64,000 nucleotides of DNA, taken from positions 89,156,001-89,220,000 of the forward strand of contig OZ024745.1 in assembly GCA_964016885.1 (NCBI GenBank), in the 5' to 3' direction. Under the pieces are notes generated by a model. The model searched no databases. It was not told where the DNA came from and was given only the letters and a program-made list of their open reading frames with translations. Positions 1 through 15,100 of the stretch are shown piece by piece; position 1 is the stretch's first letter; each line of letters begins with the position of its first letter. Made by a program: the position numbers and the translations under genes. Source of the DNA: Eledone cirrhosa. Lineage: Eukaryota.

Positions 1-1344
1 ATTGCTATAGATGTTGTTGCTGCATAGATTGCTATAGATGTAGTTGCTACATAGATTGCTATATAAGTAGTTGCTACATATATTGCTATAGATGTAGTTG
101 CTACATAGATTGTTATAGATGTAGTTGCTACATAGATTGCTATAGATGTATTTGCTACATAGATTGTTATGGATGTAGTTGCGACATAGATTGTTATAGA
201 TGTAGTTGCTATATAGATTGCTATAGATCTATTTGCTACATAGATTGTTATAGATGTAGTTGGTACAGAGATTGTTATAGATGTAGTTGCTACATAGATT
301 GTTATAGATGTAGTTGCTACATAGATTGTTATAGATGTAGTTGCTAGATAGATTGCTATATAAGTAGTTGCTACGTATATTGTTATAGATGTAGTTGCTA
401 CATAGATTGCCATAGATGGAGTTGCTACATAGATTGCCATAGATGTAGTTGCTACATAGATTGCCATAGATGTAGTTGCTACATAGATTGCCATAGATGT
501 AGTTGCTACATAGATTGCAATATATGTAGTTGTTACATAGATTGCCATAGATGTAGTTGCTACATAGATTGTTATAGATGTAGTTGCTACATAGATTGCC
601 ATAGATGTAGTTGCTACATAGATTGTTATATATGTAGTTGCTACATAGATTGCTATAGATGTAGTTGCTACATAGATTGTTATAGATGTAGTTGCTACAT
701 AGATTGCTATAGATGGAGTTGCTACATAGATTGCCATAGATGGAGTTGCTACGTAGATTACCATAGATGTAGTTGCTTCATAGATTGCCATAGATGTAGT
801 TGCTACATAGATTGCCATAGATGTAGTTGCTACATAGATTGTTATAGATGTAGTTGCTAAATAGATTGCTATAGATGTAGTTGCTACATACATTGTTATA
901 GATGTAGTTGCTACATAGATTGCCATAGATGTAGTTGCTACATAGATTGTTATAGATGTAGTTGCTACATTGATTTTTATAGATGTAGTTGCTACATAGA
1001 TTGTTATAGATGTAGTTGCTACATAGATTGTTATAGATGTATTTGCTACATAGATTGCCATAGATGTACTTGCTACATAGATTGTTATATATGTAGTAGC
1101 TACATATATTGAAATGGACGTAGTTGCTACATAGATTGTTATAGATGTAGTTGCTACATAGATTGCCATAGATGTAGTTGCTACATAGATTGATATATAT
1201 GTAGTTGCTATATAGATTGCTATAGATGTAGTTGCTACATAGATTGGTATAGATGTAGTTGCTACATAGATTGCCATAGGTGTAGTTGCTACATAGATCG
1301 TCATAGACGTAGTTGCTACATAGATTGTTATAGATGTAGTTGCT

Positions 1345-4300
1345 ACATAGATTGCTATAGATGTAGTAGCTACATAGATTGCTATAGATGTAGTTGCTAC
1401 ATATATTGCTATAGATGTAGTTGCTACATAGATTGTTATAGATGTTGTTACTACATAGATTGCTATAGATGTATTTGCTACATAGATTGTTATAGATGTA
1501 GTTGCTACATAAATTGTTATAGATGTAGTTGCTACATAGATTACTATAGATGTATTTGCTACATATATTGCTATAGATGTAGTTGCTACATAGATTGTTA
1601 TAGATGTAGTTGCTACATAGATTGTTATAGATGTAGTTGCTACATAGATTTCTATATAAGTAGTTGCTACATATATTGCCATAGATGTAGTTGCTACATA
1701 GATTGCCATAGATGTAGTTGCTACATAGATTGCCATAGATGTAGTTGCTACATAGATTGCCATTTATGTAGTTGCTACATAGATTGTTTTAGATGTAGTT
1801 GCTACATAGATTGCCATAGATGTAGTTGCTACACAGATTGCCATAGATGTGGTTGCTACATTGATTGTTATAGATGTAGGTGCTACATATATTGTTATAG
1901 ATGTAGTTGCTACATAGATTGTTATAGATGTAGTTGCTACATAGATTGCTATGGATGTAGTTGCTGCATAGATTGCTATAGATGTAGTTGCTACATAGAT
2001 CGCTATAATGTAGTTGCTACATAGATTGCATAATAAGTAGTTGCTACATAGATTGCTATAGATGTAGTTGCTACACAGATTGTTATAGATGTAGTTGGTA
2101 CAGAGATTGTTATAGATGTAGTTGCTACATAGATTGTTATAGATGTAGTTGCTACATAGATTGTTATAGATGTAGTTGCTAGATAGATTGCTATAGTTGT
2201 AGTTGCTACATAGATTGTTATAAATGTAGTTGCTACATAGATTGCCATTTATGTAGTTGCTACATAGATTGTTATAGATGTAGTTGCTACATAGATTGCC
2301 ATAGATGTAGTTGCTACATAGATTGCCATAGATGTAGTTGCTACATTGATTGTTATAGATGTAGTTGCTACATATATTGTTCTAGATGTAGTTGCTACAT
2401 AGATTGTTATAGATGTAGTTGCTACATAGATTACTATAGATGTTGTTGCTGCATAGATTGATATAGATGTAGTTGCTACATAGATTGCTATATAAGTAGT
2501 TGCTACATATATTGCTATAGATGTAGTTGCTACATAGATTGTTATAGATGTAGTTGCTACATAGATTGCTATAGATGTATTTGCTACATAGATTGTTATG
2601 GATGTAGTTGCGACATAGATTGTTATAGATGTAGTTGCTATATAGATTGCTATAGATCTATTTGCTACATAGATTGTTATAGATGTAGTTGGTACAGAGA
2701 TTGTTATAGATGTAGTTGCTACATAGATTGTTATAGATGTAGTTGCTACATAGATTGTTATATATGTAGTTGCTAGATAGATTGCTATATAAGTAGTTGC
2801 TACGTATATTGTTATAGATGTAGTTGCTACATAGATTGCCATAGATGGAGTTGCTACATAGATTGCCATAGATGTAGTTGCTACATAGATTGCCATAGAT
2901 GTAGTTGCTACATAGATTGCCATAGATGTAGTTGCTACATAGATTGCAATATATGTAGTTGCTACATAGATTGCCATAGATGTAGTTGCTACATAGATTG
3001 TTATATATGTAGTTGCTACATAGATTGCTATAGATGTAGTTGCTACATAGATTGTTATAGATGTAGTTGCTACATAGATTGTTATAGATGTAGTTGCTAC
3101 ATAGATTTCTATATAAGTAGTTGCTACATATATTGCCATAGATGTAGTTGCTACATAGATTGCCATAGATGTAGTTGCTACATAGATTGCCATAGATGTA
3201 GTTGCTACATAGATTGCCATTTATGTAGTTGCTACATAGATTGTTATAGATGTAGTTGCTACATAGATTGCCATAGATGTAGTTGCTACACAGATTGCCA
3301 TAGATGTAGTTGCTACATTGATTGTTATAGATGTAGTTGCTACATATATTGTTATAGATGTAGTTGCTACATAGATTGTTATAGATGTAGTTGCTACATA
3401 GATTGCTATGGATGTAGTTGCTGCATAGATTGCTATAGATGTAGTTGCTACATAGATCGCTATAATGTAGTTGCTACATAGATTGCATAATAAGTAGTTG
3501 CTACATAGATTGCTATAGATGTAGTTGCTACATAGATTGTTATAGATGTAGTTGGTACAGAGATTGTTATAGATGTAGTTGCTACATAGATTGTTATAGA
3601 TGTAGTTGCTACATAGATTGTTATAGATGTAGTTGCTAGATAGATTGCTATAGTTGTAGTTGCTACATAGATTGTTATAAATGTAGTTGCTACATAGATT
3701 GCCATTTATGTAGTTGCTACATAGATTGTTATAGATGTAGTTGCTACATAGATTGCCATAGATGTAGTTGCTACATAGATTGCCATAGATGTAGTTGCTA
3801 CATTGATTGTTATAGATGTAGTTGCTACATATATTGTTCTAGATGTAGTTGCTACATAGATTGTTATAGATGTAGTTGCTACATAGATTACTATAGATGT
3901 TGTTGCTGCATAGATTGATATAGATGTAGTTGCTACATAGATTGCTATATAAGTAGTTGCTACATATATTGCTATAGATGTAGTTGCTACATAGATTGTT
4001 ATAGATGTAGTTGCTACATAGATTGCTATAGATGTATTTGCTACATAGATTGTTATGGATGTAGTTGCGACATAGATTGTTATAGATGTAGTTGCTATAT
4101 AGATTGCTATAGATCTATTTGCTACATAGATTGTTATAGATGTAGTTGGTACAGAGATTGTTATTGATGTAGTTGCTACATAGATTGTTATAGATGTAGT
4201 TGCTACATAGATTGTTATAGATGTAGTTGCTAGATAGATTGCTATATAAGTAGTTGCTACGTATATTGTTATAGATGTAGTTGCTACATAGATTGCCATA

Positions 4301-7300
4301 GATGGAGTTGCTACATAGATTGCCATAGATGTAGTTGCTACATAGATTGCCATAGATGTAGTTGCTACATAGATTGCCATAGATGTACTTGCTACATAGA
4401 TTGCAATATATGTAGTTGCTACATAGATTGCCATAGATGTAGTTGCTACATAGATTGTTATATATGTAGTTGCTACATAGATTGCTATAGATGTAGTTGC
4501 TACATAGATTGTTATAGATGTAGTTGCTACATAGATTGCTATAGATGGAGTTGCTACATAGATTGCCATAGATGGAGTTGCTACGTAGATTACCATAGAT
4601 GTAGTTGCTACATAGATTGCCATAGATGTAGTTGCTACATAGATTGCCATAGATGTAGTAGCTACATATATTGAAATGGACGTAGTTGCTACATAGATTG
4701 TTATAGATGTAGTTGCTACATAGATTGCCATAGATGTAGTTGCTACATAGATTGATATATATGTAGTTGCTATATAGATTGCTATAGATGTAGTTGCTAC
4801 ATAGATTGTTATAGATGTAGTTGCTACATAGATTGGTATAGATGTAGTTGCTACATAGATTGCCATAGGTGTAGTTGCTACATAGATCGTCATAGACGTA
4901 GTTGCTACATAGATTGTTATAGATGTAGTTGCTACATAGATTGCCATTTATGTAGTTGCTACATAGATTGTAATAAATGTAGTTGCTACATAGATTGCCA
5001 TAGATTTATTTGCTACATAGATTGCCATAGATGTAGTTGCTACATTGATTGTTATAGATGTAGTTGCTACATATATTGTTATAAATGTAGTTGCTACATA
5101 GATTGTTATAGATGTAGTTGCTACACAGATCGCCATAGATGTAGTTGCTACATAGATTGCTATAGATGTAGTAGCTACATAGATTGCTATAGATGTAGTT
5201 GCTACATATATTGCTATAGATGTAGTTGCTACATAGATTGTTATAGATGTTGTTGCTACATAGATTGCTATAGATGTATTTGCTACATAGATTGTTATAG
5301 ATGTAGTTGCTACATAGATTGTTATAGATGTAGTTGCTACATAGATTGTTATAAATGTAGTTGCTACATAGATTGTTATAGATGTAGTTGCTACACAGAT
5401 CGCCATAGATGGAGTTGCTACATAGATTGCCATAGATGTAGTTGCTACATAGATTGCCATAGATGTAGTTGCTACATAGATTGCCATAGATGTAGTTGCT
5501 ACATAGATTGCAATATATGTAGTTGTTACATAGATTGCCATAGATGTAGTTGCTACATAGATTGTTATAGATGTAGTTGCTACATAGATTGCCATAGATG
5601 TAGTTGCTACATAGATTGTTATATATGTAGTTGCTACATAGATTGCTATAGATGTAGTTGCTACATAGATTGTTATAGATGTAGTTGCTACATAGATTGC
5701 TATAGATGGAGTTGCTACATAGATTGCCATAGATGGAGTTGCTACGTAGATTACCATAGATGTAGTTGCTACATAGATTCCCATAGATGTAGTTGCTACA
5801 TAGATTGCCATAGATGTAGTTGCTACATAGATTGTTATAGATGTAGTTGCTAAATAGATTGCTATAGATGTAGTTGCTACATACATTGTTATAGATGTAG
5901 TTGCTACATAGATTGCCATAGATGTAGTTGCTACATAGATTGTTATAGATGTAGTTGCTACATTGATTTTTATAGATGTAGTTGCTACATAGATTGTTAT
6001 AGATGTAGTTGCTACATAGATTGTTATAGATGTATTTGCTACATAGATTGCCATAGATGTACTTGCTACATAGATTGTTATATATGTAGTAGCTACATAT
6101 ATTGAAATGGACGTAGTTGCTACATAGATTGTTATAGATGTAGTTGCTACATAGATTGCCATAGATGTAGTTGCTACATAGATTGATATATATGTAGTTG
6201 CTATATAGATTGCTATAGATGTAGTTGCTACATAGATTGTTATAGATGTAGTTGCTACATAGATTGGTATAGATGTAGTTGCTACATAGATTGCCATAGG
6301 TGTAGTTGCTACATAGATCGTCATAGACGTAGTTGCTACATAGATTGTTATAGATGTAGTTGCTACATAGATTGCCATTTATGTAGTTGCTACATAGATT
6401 GTAATAAATGTAGTTGCTACATAGATTGCCATAGATTTATTTGCTACATAGATTGCCATAGATGTAGTTGCTACATTGATTGTTATAGATGTAGTTGCTA
6501 CATATATTGTTATAAATGTAGTTGCTACATAGATTGTTATAGATGTAGTTGCTACACAGATCGCCATAGATGTAGTTGCTACATAGATTGCTATAGATGT
6601 AGTAGCTACATAGATTGCTGTAGATGTAGTTGCTACATATATTGCTATAGATGTAGTTGCTACATAGATTGTTATAGATGTTGTTACTACATAGATTGCT
6701 ATAGATGTATTTGCTACATAGATTGTTATAGATGTAGTTGCTACATAAATTGTTATAGATGTAGTTGCTACATAGATTACTATAGATGTATTTGCTACAT
6801 ATATTGCTATAGATGTAGTTGCTACATAGATTGTTATAGATGTAGTTGCTACATAGATTGTTATAGATGTAGTTGCTACATAGATTTCTATATAAGTAGT
6901 TGCTACATATATTGCCATAGATGTAGTTGCTACATAGATTGCCATAGATGTAGTTGCTACATAGATTGCCATAGATGTAGTTGCTACATAGATTGCCATT
7001 TATGTAGTTGCTACATAGATTGTTATAGATGTAGTTGCTACATAGATTGCCATAGATGTAGTTGCTACACAGATTGCCATAGATGTAGTTGCTACATTGA
7101 TTGTTATAGATGTAGTTGCTACATATATTGTTATAGATGTAGTTGCTACATAGATTGTTATAGATGTAGTTGCTACATAGATTGCTATAGATGTAGTTGC
7201 TGCATAGATTGCTATAGATGTAGTTGCTACATAGATCGCTATAATGTAGTTGCTACATAGATTGCATAATAAGTAGTTGCTACATAGATTGCTATAGATG

Positions 7301-10300
7301 TAGTTGCTACATAGATTGTTATAGATGTAGTTGGTACAGAGATTGTTATAGATGTAGTTGCTACATAGATTGTTATAGATGTAGTTGCTACATAGATTGT
7401 TATAGATGTAGTTGCTAGATAGATTGCTATAGTTGTAGTTGCTACATAGATTGTTATAAATGTAGTTGCTACATAGATTGCCATTTATGTAGTTGCTACA
7501 TAGATTGTTATAGATGTAGTTGCTACATAGATTGCCATAGATGTAGTTGCTACATAGATTGCCATAGATGTAGTTGCTACATTGATTGTTATAGATGTAG
7601 TTGCTACATATATTGTTCTAGATGTAGTTGCTACATAGATTGTTATAGATGTAGTTGCTACATAGATTACTATAGATGTTGTTGCTGCATAGATTGATAT
7701 AGATGTAGTTGCTACATAGATTGCTAAATAAGTAGTTGCTACATATATTGCTATAGATGTAGTTGCTACATAGATTGTTATAGATGTAGTTGCTACATAG
7801 ATTGCTATAGATGTATTTGCTACATAGATTGTTATGGATGTAGTTGCGACATAGATTGTTATAGATGTAGTTGCTATATAGATTGCTATAGATCTATTTG
7901 CTACATAGATTGTTATAGATGTAGTTGGTACAGAGATTGTTATAGATGTAGTTGCTACATAGATTGTTATAGATGTAGTTGCTACATAGATTGTTATATA
8001 TGTAGTTGCTAGATAGATTGCTATATAAGTAGTTGCTACGTATATTGTTATAGATGTAGTTGCTACATAGATTGCCATAGATGGAGTTGCTACATAGATT
8101 GCCATAGATGTAGTTGCTACATAGATTGCCATAGATGTAGTTGCTACATAGATTGCCATAGATGTAGTTGCTACATAGATTGCAATATATGTAGTTGCTA
8201 CATAGATTGCCATAGATGTAGTTGCTACATAGATTGTTATATATGTAGTTGCTACATAGATTGCTATAGATGTAGTTGCTACATAGATTGTTATAGATGT
8301 AGTTGCTACATAGATTGTTATAGATGTAGTTGCTACATAGATTTCTATATAAGTAGTTGCTACATATATTGCCATAGATGTAGTTGCTACATAGATTGCC
8401 ATAGATGTAGTTGCTACATAGATTGCCATAGATGTAGTTGCTACATAGATTGCCATTTATGTAGTTGCTACATAGATTGTTATAGATGTAGTTGCTACAT
8501 AGATTGCCATAGATGTAGTTGCTACACAGATTGCCATAGATGTAGTTGCTACATTGATTGTTATAGATGTAGTTGCTACATATATTGTTATAGATGTAGT
8601 TGCTACATAGATTGTTATAGATGTAGTTGCTACATAGATTGCTATGGATGTAGTTGCTGCATAGATTGCTATAGATGTAGTTGCTACATAGATCGCTATA
8701 ATGTAGTTGCTACATAGATTGCATAATAAGTAGTTGCTACATAGATTGCTATAGATGTAGTTGCTACATAGATTGTTATAGATGTAGTTGGTACAGAGAT
8801 TGTTATAGATGTAGTTGCTACATAGATTGTTATAGATGTAGTTGCTACATAGATTGTTATAGATGTAGTTGCTAGATAGATTGCTATAGTTGTAGTTGCT
8901 ACATAGATTGTTATAAATGTAGTTGCTACATAGATTGCCATTTATGTAGTTGCTACATAGATTGTTATAGATGTAGTTGCTACATAGATTGCCATAGATG
9001 TAGTTGCTACATAGATTGTTATAGATGTAGTTGCTACATATATTGTTCTAGATGTAGTTGCTACATAGATTGTTATAGATGTAGTTGCTACATAGATTAC
9101 TATAGATGTTGTTGCTGCATAGATTGATATAGATGTAGTTGCTACATAGATTGCTATATAAGTAGTTGCTACATATATTGCTATAGATGTAGTTGCTACA
9201 TAGATTGTTATAGATGTAGTTGCTACATAGATTGCTATAGATGTATTTGCTACATAGATTGTTATGGATGTAGTTGCGACATAGATTGTTATAGATGTAG
9301 TTGCTATATAGATTGCTATAGATCTATTTGCTACATAGATTGTTATAGATGTAGTTGGTACAGAGATTGTTATAGATGTAGTTGCTACATAGATTGTTAT
9401 AGATGTAGTTGCTACATAGATTGTTATAGATGTAGTTGCTAGATAGATTGCTATATAAGTAGTTGCTACGTATATTGTTATAGATGTAGTTGCTACATAG
9501 ATTGCCATAGATGGAGTTGCTACATAGATTGCCATAGATGTAGTTGCTACATAGATTGCCATAGATGTAGTTGCTACATAGATTGCCATAGATGTAGTTG
9601 CTACATAGATTGCAATATATGTAGTTGCTACATAGATTGCCATAGATGTAGTTGCTACATAGATTGTTATATATGTAGTTGCTACATAGATTGCTATAGA
9701 TGTAGTTGCTACATAGATTGTTATAGATGTAGTTGCTACATAGATTGCTATAGATGGAGTTGCTACATAGATTGCCATAGATGGAGTTGCTACGTAGATT
9801 ACCATAGATGTAGTTGCTACATAGATTGCCATAGATGTAGTTGCTACATAGATTGCCATAGATGTAGTAGCTACATATATTGAAATGGACGTAGTTGCTA
9901 CATAGATTGTTATAGATGTAGTTGCTACATAGATTGCCATAGATGTAGTTGCTACATAGATTGATATATATGTAGTTGCTATATAGATTGCTATAGATGT
10001 AGTTGCTACATAGATTGTTATAGATGTAGTTGCTACATAGATTGGTATAGATGTAGTTGCTACATAGATTGCCATAGGTGTAGTTGCTACATAGATCGTC
10101 ATAGACGTAGTTGCTACATAGATTGTTATAGATGTAGTTGCTACATAGATTGCCATTTATGTAGTTGCTACATAGATTGTAATAAATGTAGTTGCTACAT
10201 AGATTGCCATAGATTTATTTGCTACATAGATTGCCATAGATGTAGTTGCTACATTGATTGTTATAGATGTAGTTGCTACATATATTGTTATAAATGTAGT

Positions 10301-10540
10301 TGCTACATAGATTGTTATAGATGTAGTTGCTACACAGATCGCCATAGATGTAGTTGCTACATAGATTGCTATAGATGTAGTAGCTACATAGATTGCTATA
10401 GATGTAGTTGCTACATATATTGCTATAGATGTAGTTGCTACATAGATTGTTATAGATGTTGTTGCTACATAGATTGCTATAGATGTATTTGCTACATAGA
10501 TTGTTATAGATGTAGTTGCTACATAGATTGTTATAGATGT
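1345..10540. repeat. Higher-order duplication, period 5,236 bp (194 monomers minus 2 bp); about 1345-5330 is repeated at about 6581-10540
   Basis: Landmarks recur at +5236: gatgttgttactac 1441/6677, catttatg 1761/6997, tataat 2004/7240 and 3461/8697. ORF pairs 2249/7485 and 3706/8942 agree. The offset becomes 5209 (one monomer lost) at 4948/10157. Confidence 0.9.
1570..4540. repeat. Nested tandem higher-order duplication, period 1,457 bp (54 monomers minus 1 bp)
   Basis: tctatataag at 1651/3108, catttatg at 1761/3218, tataat at 2004/3461, and ORF pairs 2003/3460 and 2249/3706. The same pair recurs inside the second 5,236-bp copy (7239/8696). Confidence 0.9.
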
Positions 10541-11489
10541 AGTTGCTACATAGATTGTTATAGATGTAGTTGCTTCATAGATTTCTATATAAGTAGTTGC
10601 TACATATATTGCCATAGATGTAGTTGCTACATAGATTGCCATAGATGTAGTTGCTCCATAGATTGCCATAGATGTAGTTGCTACATAGATTGCAATTTAT
10701 GTAGTTGCTACATAGATTGTTATAGATGTAGTTGCTACATAGATTGCCATAGATGTAGTTGCTACACAGATTGCCATAGATGTAGTTGCTACATTGATTG
10801 TTATAGATGTAGTTGCTACATATATTGTTATAGATGTAGTTGCTACATAGATTGTTATAGATGTAGTTGCTACATAGATTGCTATAGATGTAGTTGCTGC
10901 ATAGATTGCTATAGATGTAGTTGCTACATAGATCGCTATAATGTAGTTGCTACATAGATTGCATAATAAGTAGTTGCTACATAGATTGCTATAGATGTAG
11001 TTGCTACATAGATTGTTATAGATGTAGTTGCTACATAGATTGCTATAGATGTATTTGCTACATAGATTGTTATAGATGTAGTTGCTACATATATTGAAAT
11101 GGACGTAGTTGCCACATAGATTGTTATAGATGTAGTTGCTACATAGATTGCCATAGATGTAGTTGCTACATAGATTGATATATATGTAGTTGCTATATGG
11201 ATTGCTATAGATGTAGTTGCTACATAGATTGTTATAGATGTAGTTGCTACATAGATTGCTATAGATGTAGTTGCTACATAGATTGCCATAGATGTAGTTG
11301 CTACATAGATCGTCATAGACGTAGTTGCTACATAGATTGTTATAGATGTAGTTGCTACATAGATTGCCATTTATTTAGTTGCTACATAGATTGTTATAAA
11401 TGTAGTTGCTACATAGATTGCCATAGATGTATTTGCTACATAGATTGCCATAGATGTAGTTGCTACATTGATTGTTATAGATGTAGTTG

Positions 11490-12195
11490 CTACATAGATT
11501 CTTATAGATGTAGTTGCTACACAGATCGCCATAGATGTAGTTGCTACAAAGATTGCTATAGATGTAGTAGCTACATAGATTGCTATAGATGTAGTTGCTA
11601 CATATATTGTTATAGATGTAGTTGCTACATAGATTGTTATAGATGTAGTTGCTACATAGATTGCTATAGATGTATTTGCTACATAGATTGTTATAGATGT
11701 ATGTTCTACATAGATTGTTATAGATGTAGTTGCTACATAGATTGCTATAGATCTATTTGCTACATAGATTGTTATAGATGTAGTTGGTACAGAGATTGTT
11801 ATAGATGTAGTTGCTACATAGATTGTTATAGATGTAGTTGCTACATAGATTCTTATAGATGTAGTTGCTATACAGATCGCCATAGATGTAGTTGCTACAA
11901 ATATTGCTATAGATGTAGTAGCTACATAGATTGCTATAGATGTAGTTGCTACATATATTGTTATAGATGTAGTTGCTACATAGATTGTTATAGATGTAGT
12001 TGCTACATAGATTGCTATAGATGTATTTGCTACATAGATTGTTATAGATGTATGTTCTACATAGATTGTTATAGATGTAGTTGCTACATAGATTGCTATA
12101 GATCTATTTGCTACATAGATTGTTATAGATGTAGTTGGTACAGAGATTGTTATAGATGTAGTTGCTACATAGATTGTTATAGATGTAGTTGCTAC
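11490..12195. repeat. Local tandem duplication of 13 monomers (351 bp)
   Basis: attcttatag at 11498/11849 and the private variant atgttctac at 11701/12052 are both offset by 351 bp. Confidence 0.88.
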
Positions 12196-15100
12196 ATAGA
12201 TTGTTATAGATGTAGTTGCTAGATAGATTGCTATATAAGTAGTTGCTACATATATTGTTATAGATGTAGTTGCTACATAGATTGCCATAGATGGAGTTGC
12301 TACATAGATTGCCATATATGTAGTTGCTACATAGATTGCTATAGATGTAGTTGCTACATAGATTGTTATAGATGTAGTTGCTACATAGATTGCTATAGAT
12401 GGAGGTGCTACATAGATTGCCATAGATGGAGTTGCTACGTAGATTACCATAGATGTAGTTGCTACATAGATTGCCATAGATGTAGTTGCTACATAGATTG
12501 CCATAGATGTAGTTGCTACATAGATTGTTATAGATGTAGTTGCTAAATAGATTGCTATAGATATAGTTGCTACATACATTGTTATAGATGTAGTTGCTAC
12601 ATACATTGTTATAGATGTAGTTGCTACATAGATTGCCATAGATGTAGTTGCTACATAGATTATTATAGATGTAGTTGCTACATTGATTTTTATAGATGTA
12701 GTTGCTACATAGATTGTTATAGATGTAGTTGCTACATAGATTGTTATAGATGTATTTGCTACATAGATTGCCATAGATGTACTTGCAACATAGATTGTTA
12801 TATATGTAGTAGCTACATATATTCAAATGGACGTAGTTGCTACATAGATTGTTATAGATGTAGTTGCTACATAGATTGCCATAGATGTAGTTGCTACATA
12901 GATTGATATATATGTAGTTGCTAAATAGATTGCTATAGATGTAGTTGCTACATACATTGTTATAGATGTAGTTGCTACATAGATTGCCATAGATGTAGTT
13001 GCTACATAGATTGTTATAGATGTAGTTGCTACATTGATTTTTATTGATGTAGTTGCTACATAGATTGTTATAGATGTAGTTGCTACATAGATTGTTATAG
13101 ATGTATCTGCTACATAGATTGCCATAGATGTACTTGCTACATAGATTGTTATATATGTAGTAGCTACATATATTGAAATGGACGTAGTTGGTACGTAGAT
13201 TGTTATAGATGTAGTTGCTACATAGATTGCCATAGATGTAGTTGCTACATAGATTGATATATATGTAGTTGCTATATAGATTGCTATAGATGTAGTTGCT
13301 ACATAGATTGTTATAGATGTAGTTGCTACATAGATTGCTATAGATGTAGTTGCTACATAGATTGCCATAGGTGTAGTTGCTACATAGATCGTCATAGACG
13401 TAGTTGCTACATAGATTGTTATAGATGTAGTTGCTACATAAATTGCCATTTATGTAGTTGCTACATAGATTGTTATAAATGTAGTTGCTACATAGATTGC
13501 CATAGATGTATTTGCTACATAGATTGCCATAGATGTAGTTGCTACATTGATTGTTATAGATGTAGTTGCTACATATATTGTTATAAATGTAGTTGCTACA
13601 TAGATTGTTATAGATGTAGTTGCTACACAGATCGCCATAGATGTAGTTGCTACATAGATTGCTATAGATGTAGTAGCTACATAGATTGCTATAGATGTAG
13701 TTGCTACATATATTGCTATAGATGTAGTTGCTACATAGATTGTTATAGATGTAGTTGCTACATAGATTGCTATAGATGTATTTGCTACATAGATTGTTAT
13801 AGATGTAGTTGCTACAGAGATTGTTATAGATGTAGTTGCTACATAGATTACTATAGAGGTATTTGCTACATATATTGCTATAGATGTAGTTGCTACATAG
13901 ATTGTTATAGATGTAGTTGCTACATAGATTGTTATAGATGTAGTTGCTACATATATTGTTATAGATGTAGTTGCTACATAGATTGTTATAGATGTAGTTG
14001 CTACATAGATTGCTATAGATGTAGTTGCTGCATAGATTGCTATAGATGTAGTTGCTACATACATTGCTATAATGTAGTTGCTACATAGATTGCTATATAA
14101 GTAGTTGCTACATAGATTGCTATAGATGTAGTTGCTACATTGATTGTTATAGATGTAGTTGCTACATAGATTGTTATAGATGTAGTTGCTACATAGATTC
14201 TTATATATGTAGTTGCTACATATATTGAAATGGACGTAGTTGCTACAGAGATTGTTATAGATGTAGTTAATACATAGATTGCCATAGATGTAGTTGCTAC
14301 ATAGATTGTTATATATGTAGTTGCTACATAGATTGCTATAGATGTAGTTGCTACATAGATTGTTATAGAAGTAGTTGCTACATAGATTGCTATAGATGTA
14401 GTTGCGACATAGATTGCCATAGATGTAGTTGCTACATAGATCGTCATAGACGTAGTTGCTACATAGATTGTTATAGATGTAGTTGCTACATAGATTGCCA
14501 TTTATGTAGTTGCTACATAGATTGTTGTAAATGTAGTTGCTACATAGATTGCCATAGATGTAGTTGCTACATTGATTGTTATAGATGTAGTTGCTACATA
14601 TATTGTTATAGATGTAGTTGCTACATAGATTGTTATAGATGTAGTTGCTACACAGATCGCCATAGATGTAGTTGCTACATAGATTGCTATAGATGTAGTA
14701 GCTACATAGATTGCTATACAAGTAGTTGCTACATAGATTGCTATAGATGTATTTGCTACATAGATTGTTATAGATGTAGTTGCTACATAGATTGTTATAG
14801 ATGTAGTTGCTACATAGATTGTTATAGATGTAGTTGCTACATAGATTGCCATTTATGTAGTTGCTACATAGATTGTTATAAATGTAGTTGCTACATAGAT
14901 TGCCATAGATGTATTTGCTACATAGATTGCCATAGATGTAGTTGCTACATTGATTGTTATAGATGTAGTTGCTACATACATTGTTATATATGTAGTTGCT
15001 ACATAGATTGTTATAGATGTAGTTGCTACACAGATCGCCATAGATGTAGTTGCTACATAGATTGCTATAGATGTAGTAGCTACATAGATTGCTATAGATG

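Noticed and set aside
13180-13200. Apparent compensatory stem change ACGTA-GTTGG-TACGT
   Set aside because: It is a single occurrence combining two variants that are each common on their own, and it carries a G-G mismatch. This is not evidence of covariation.
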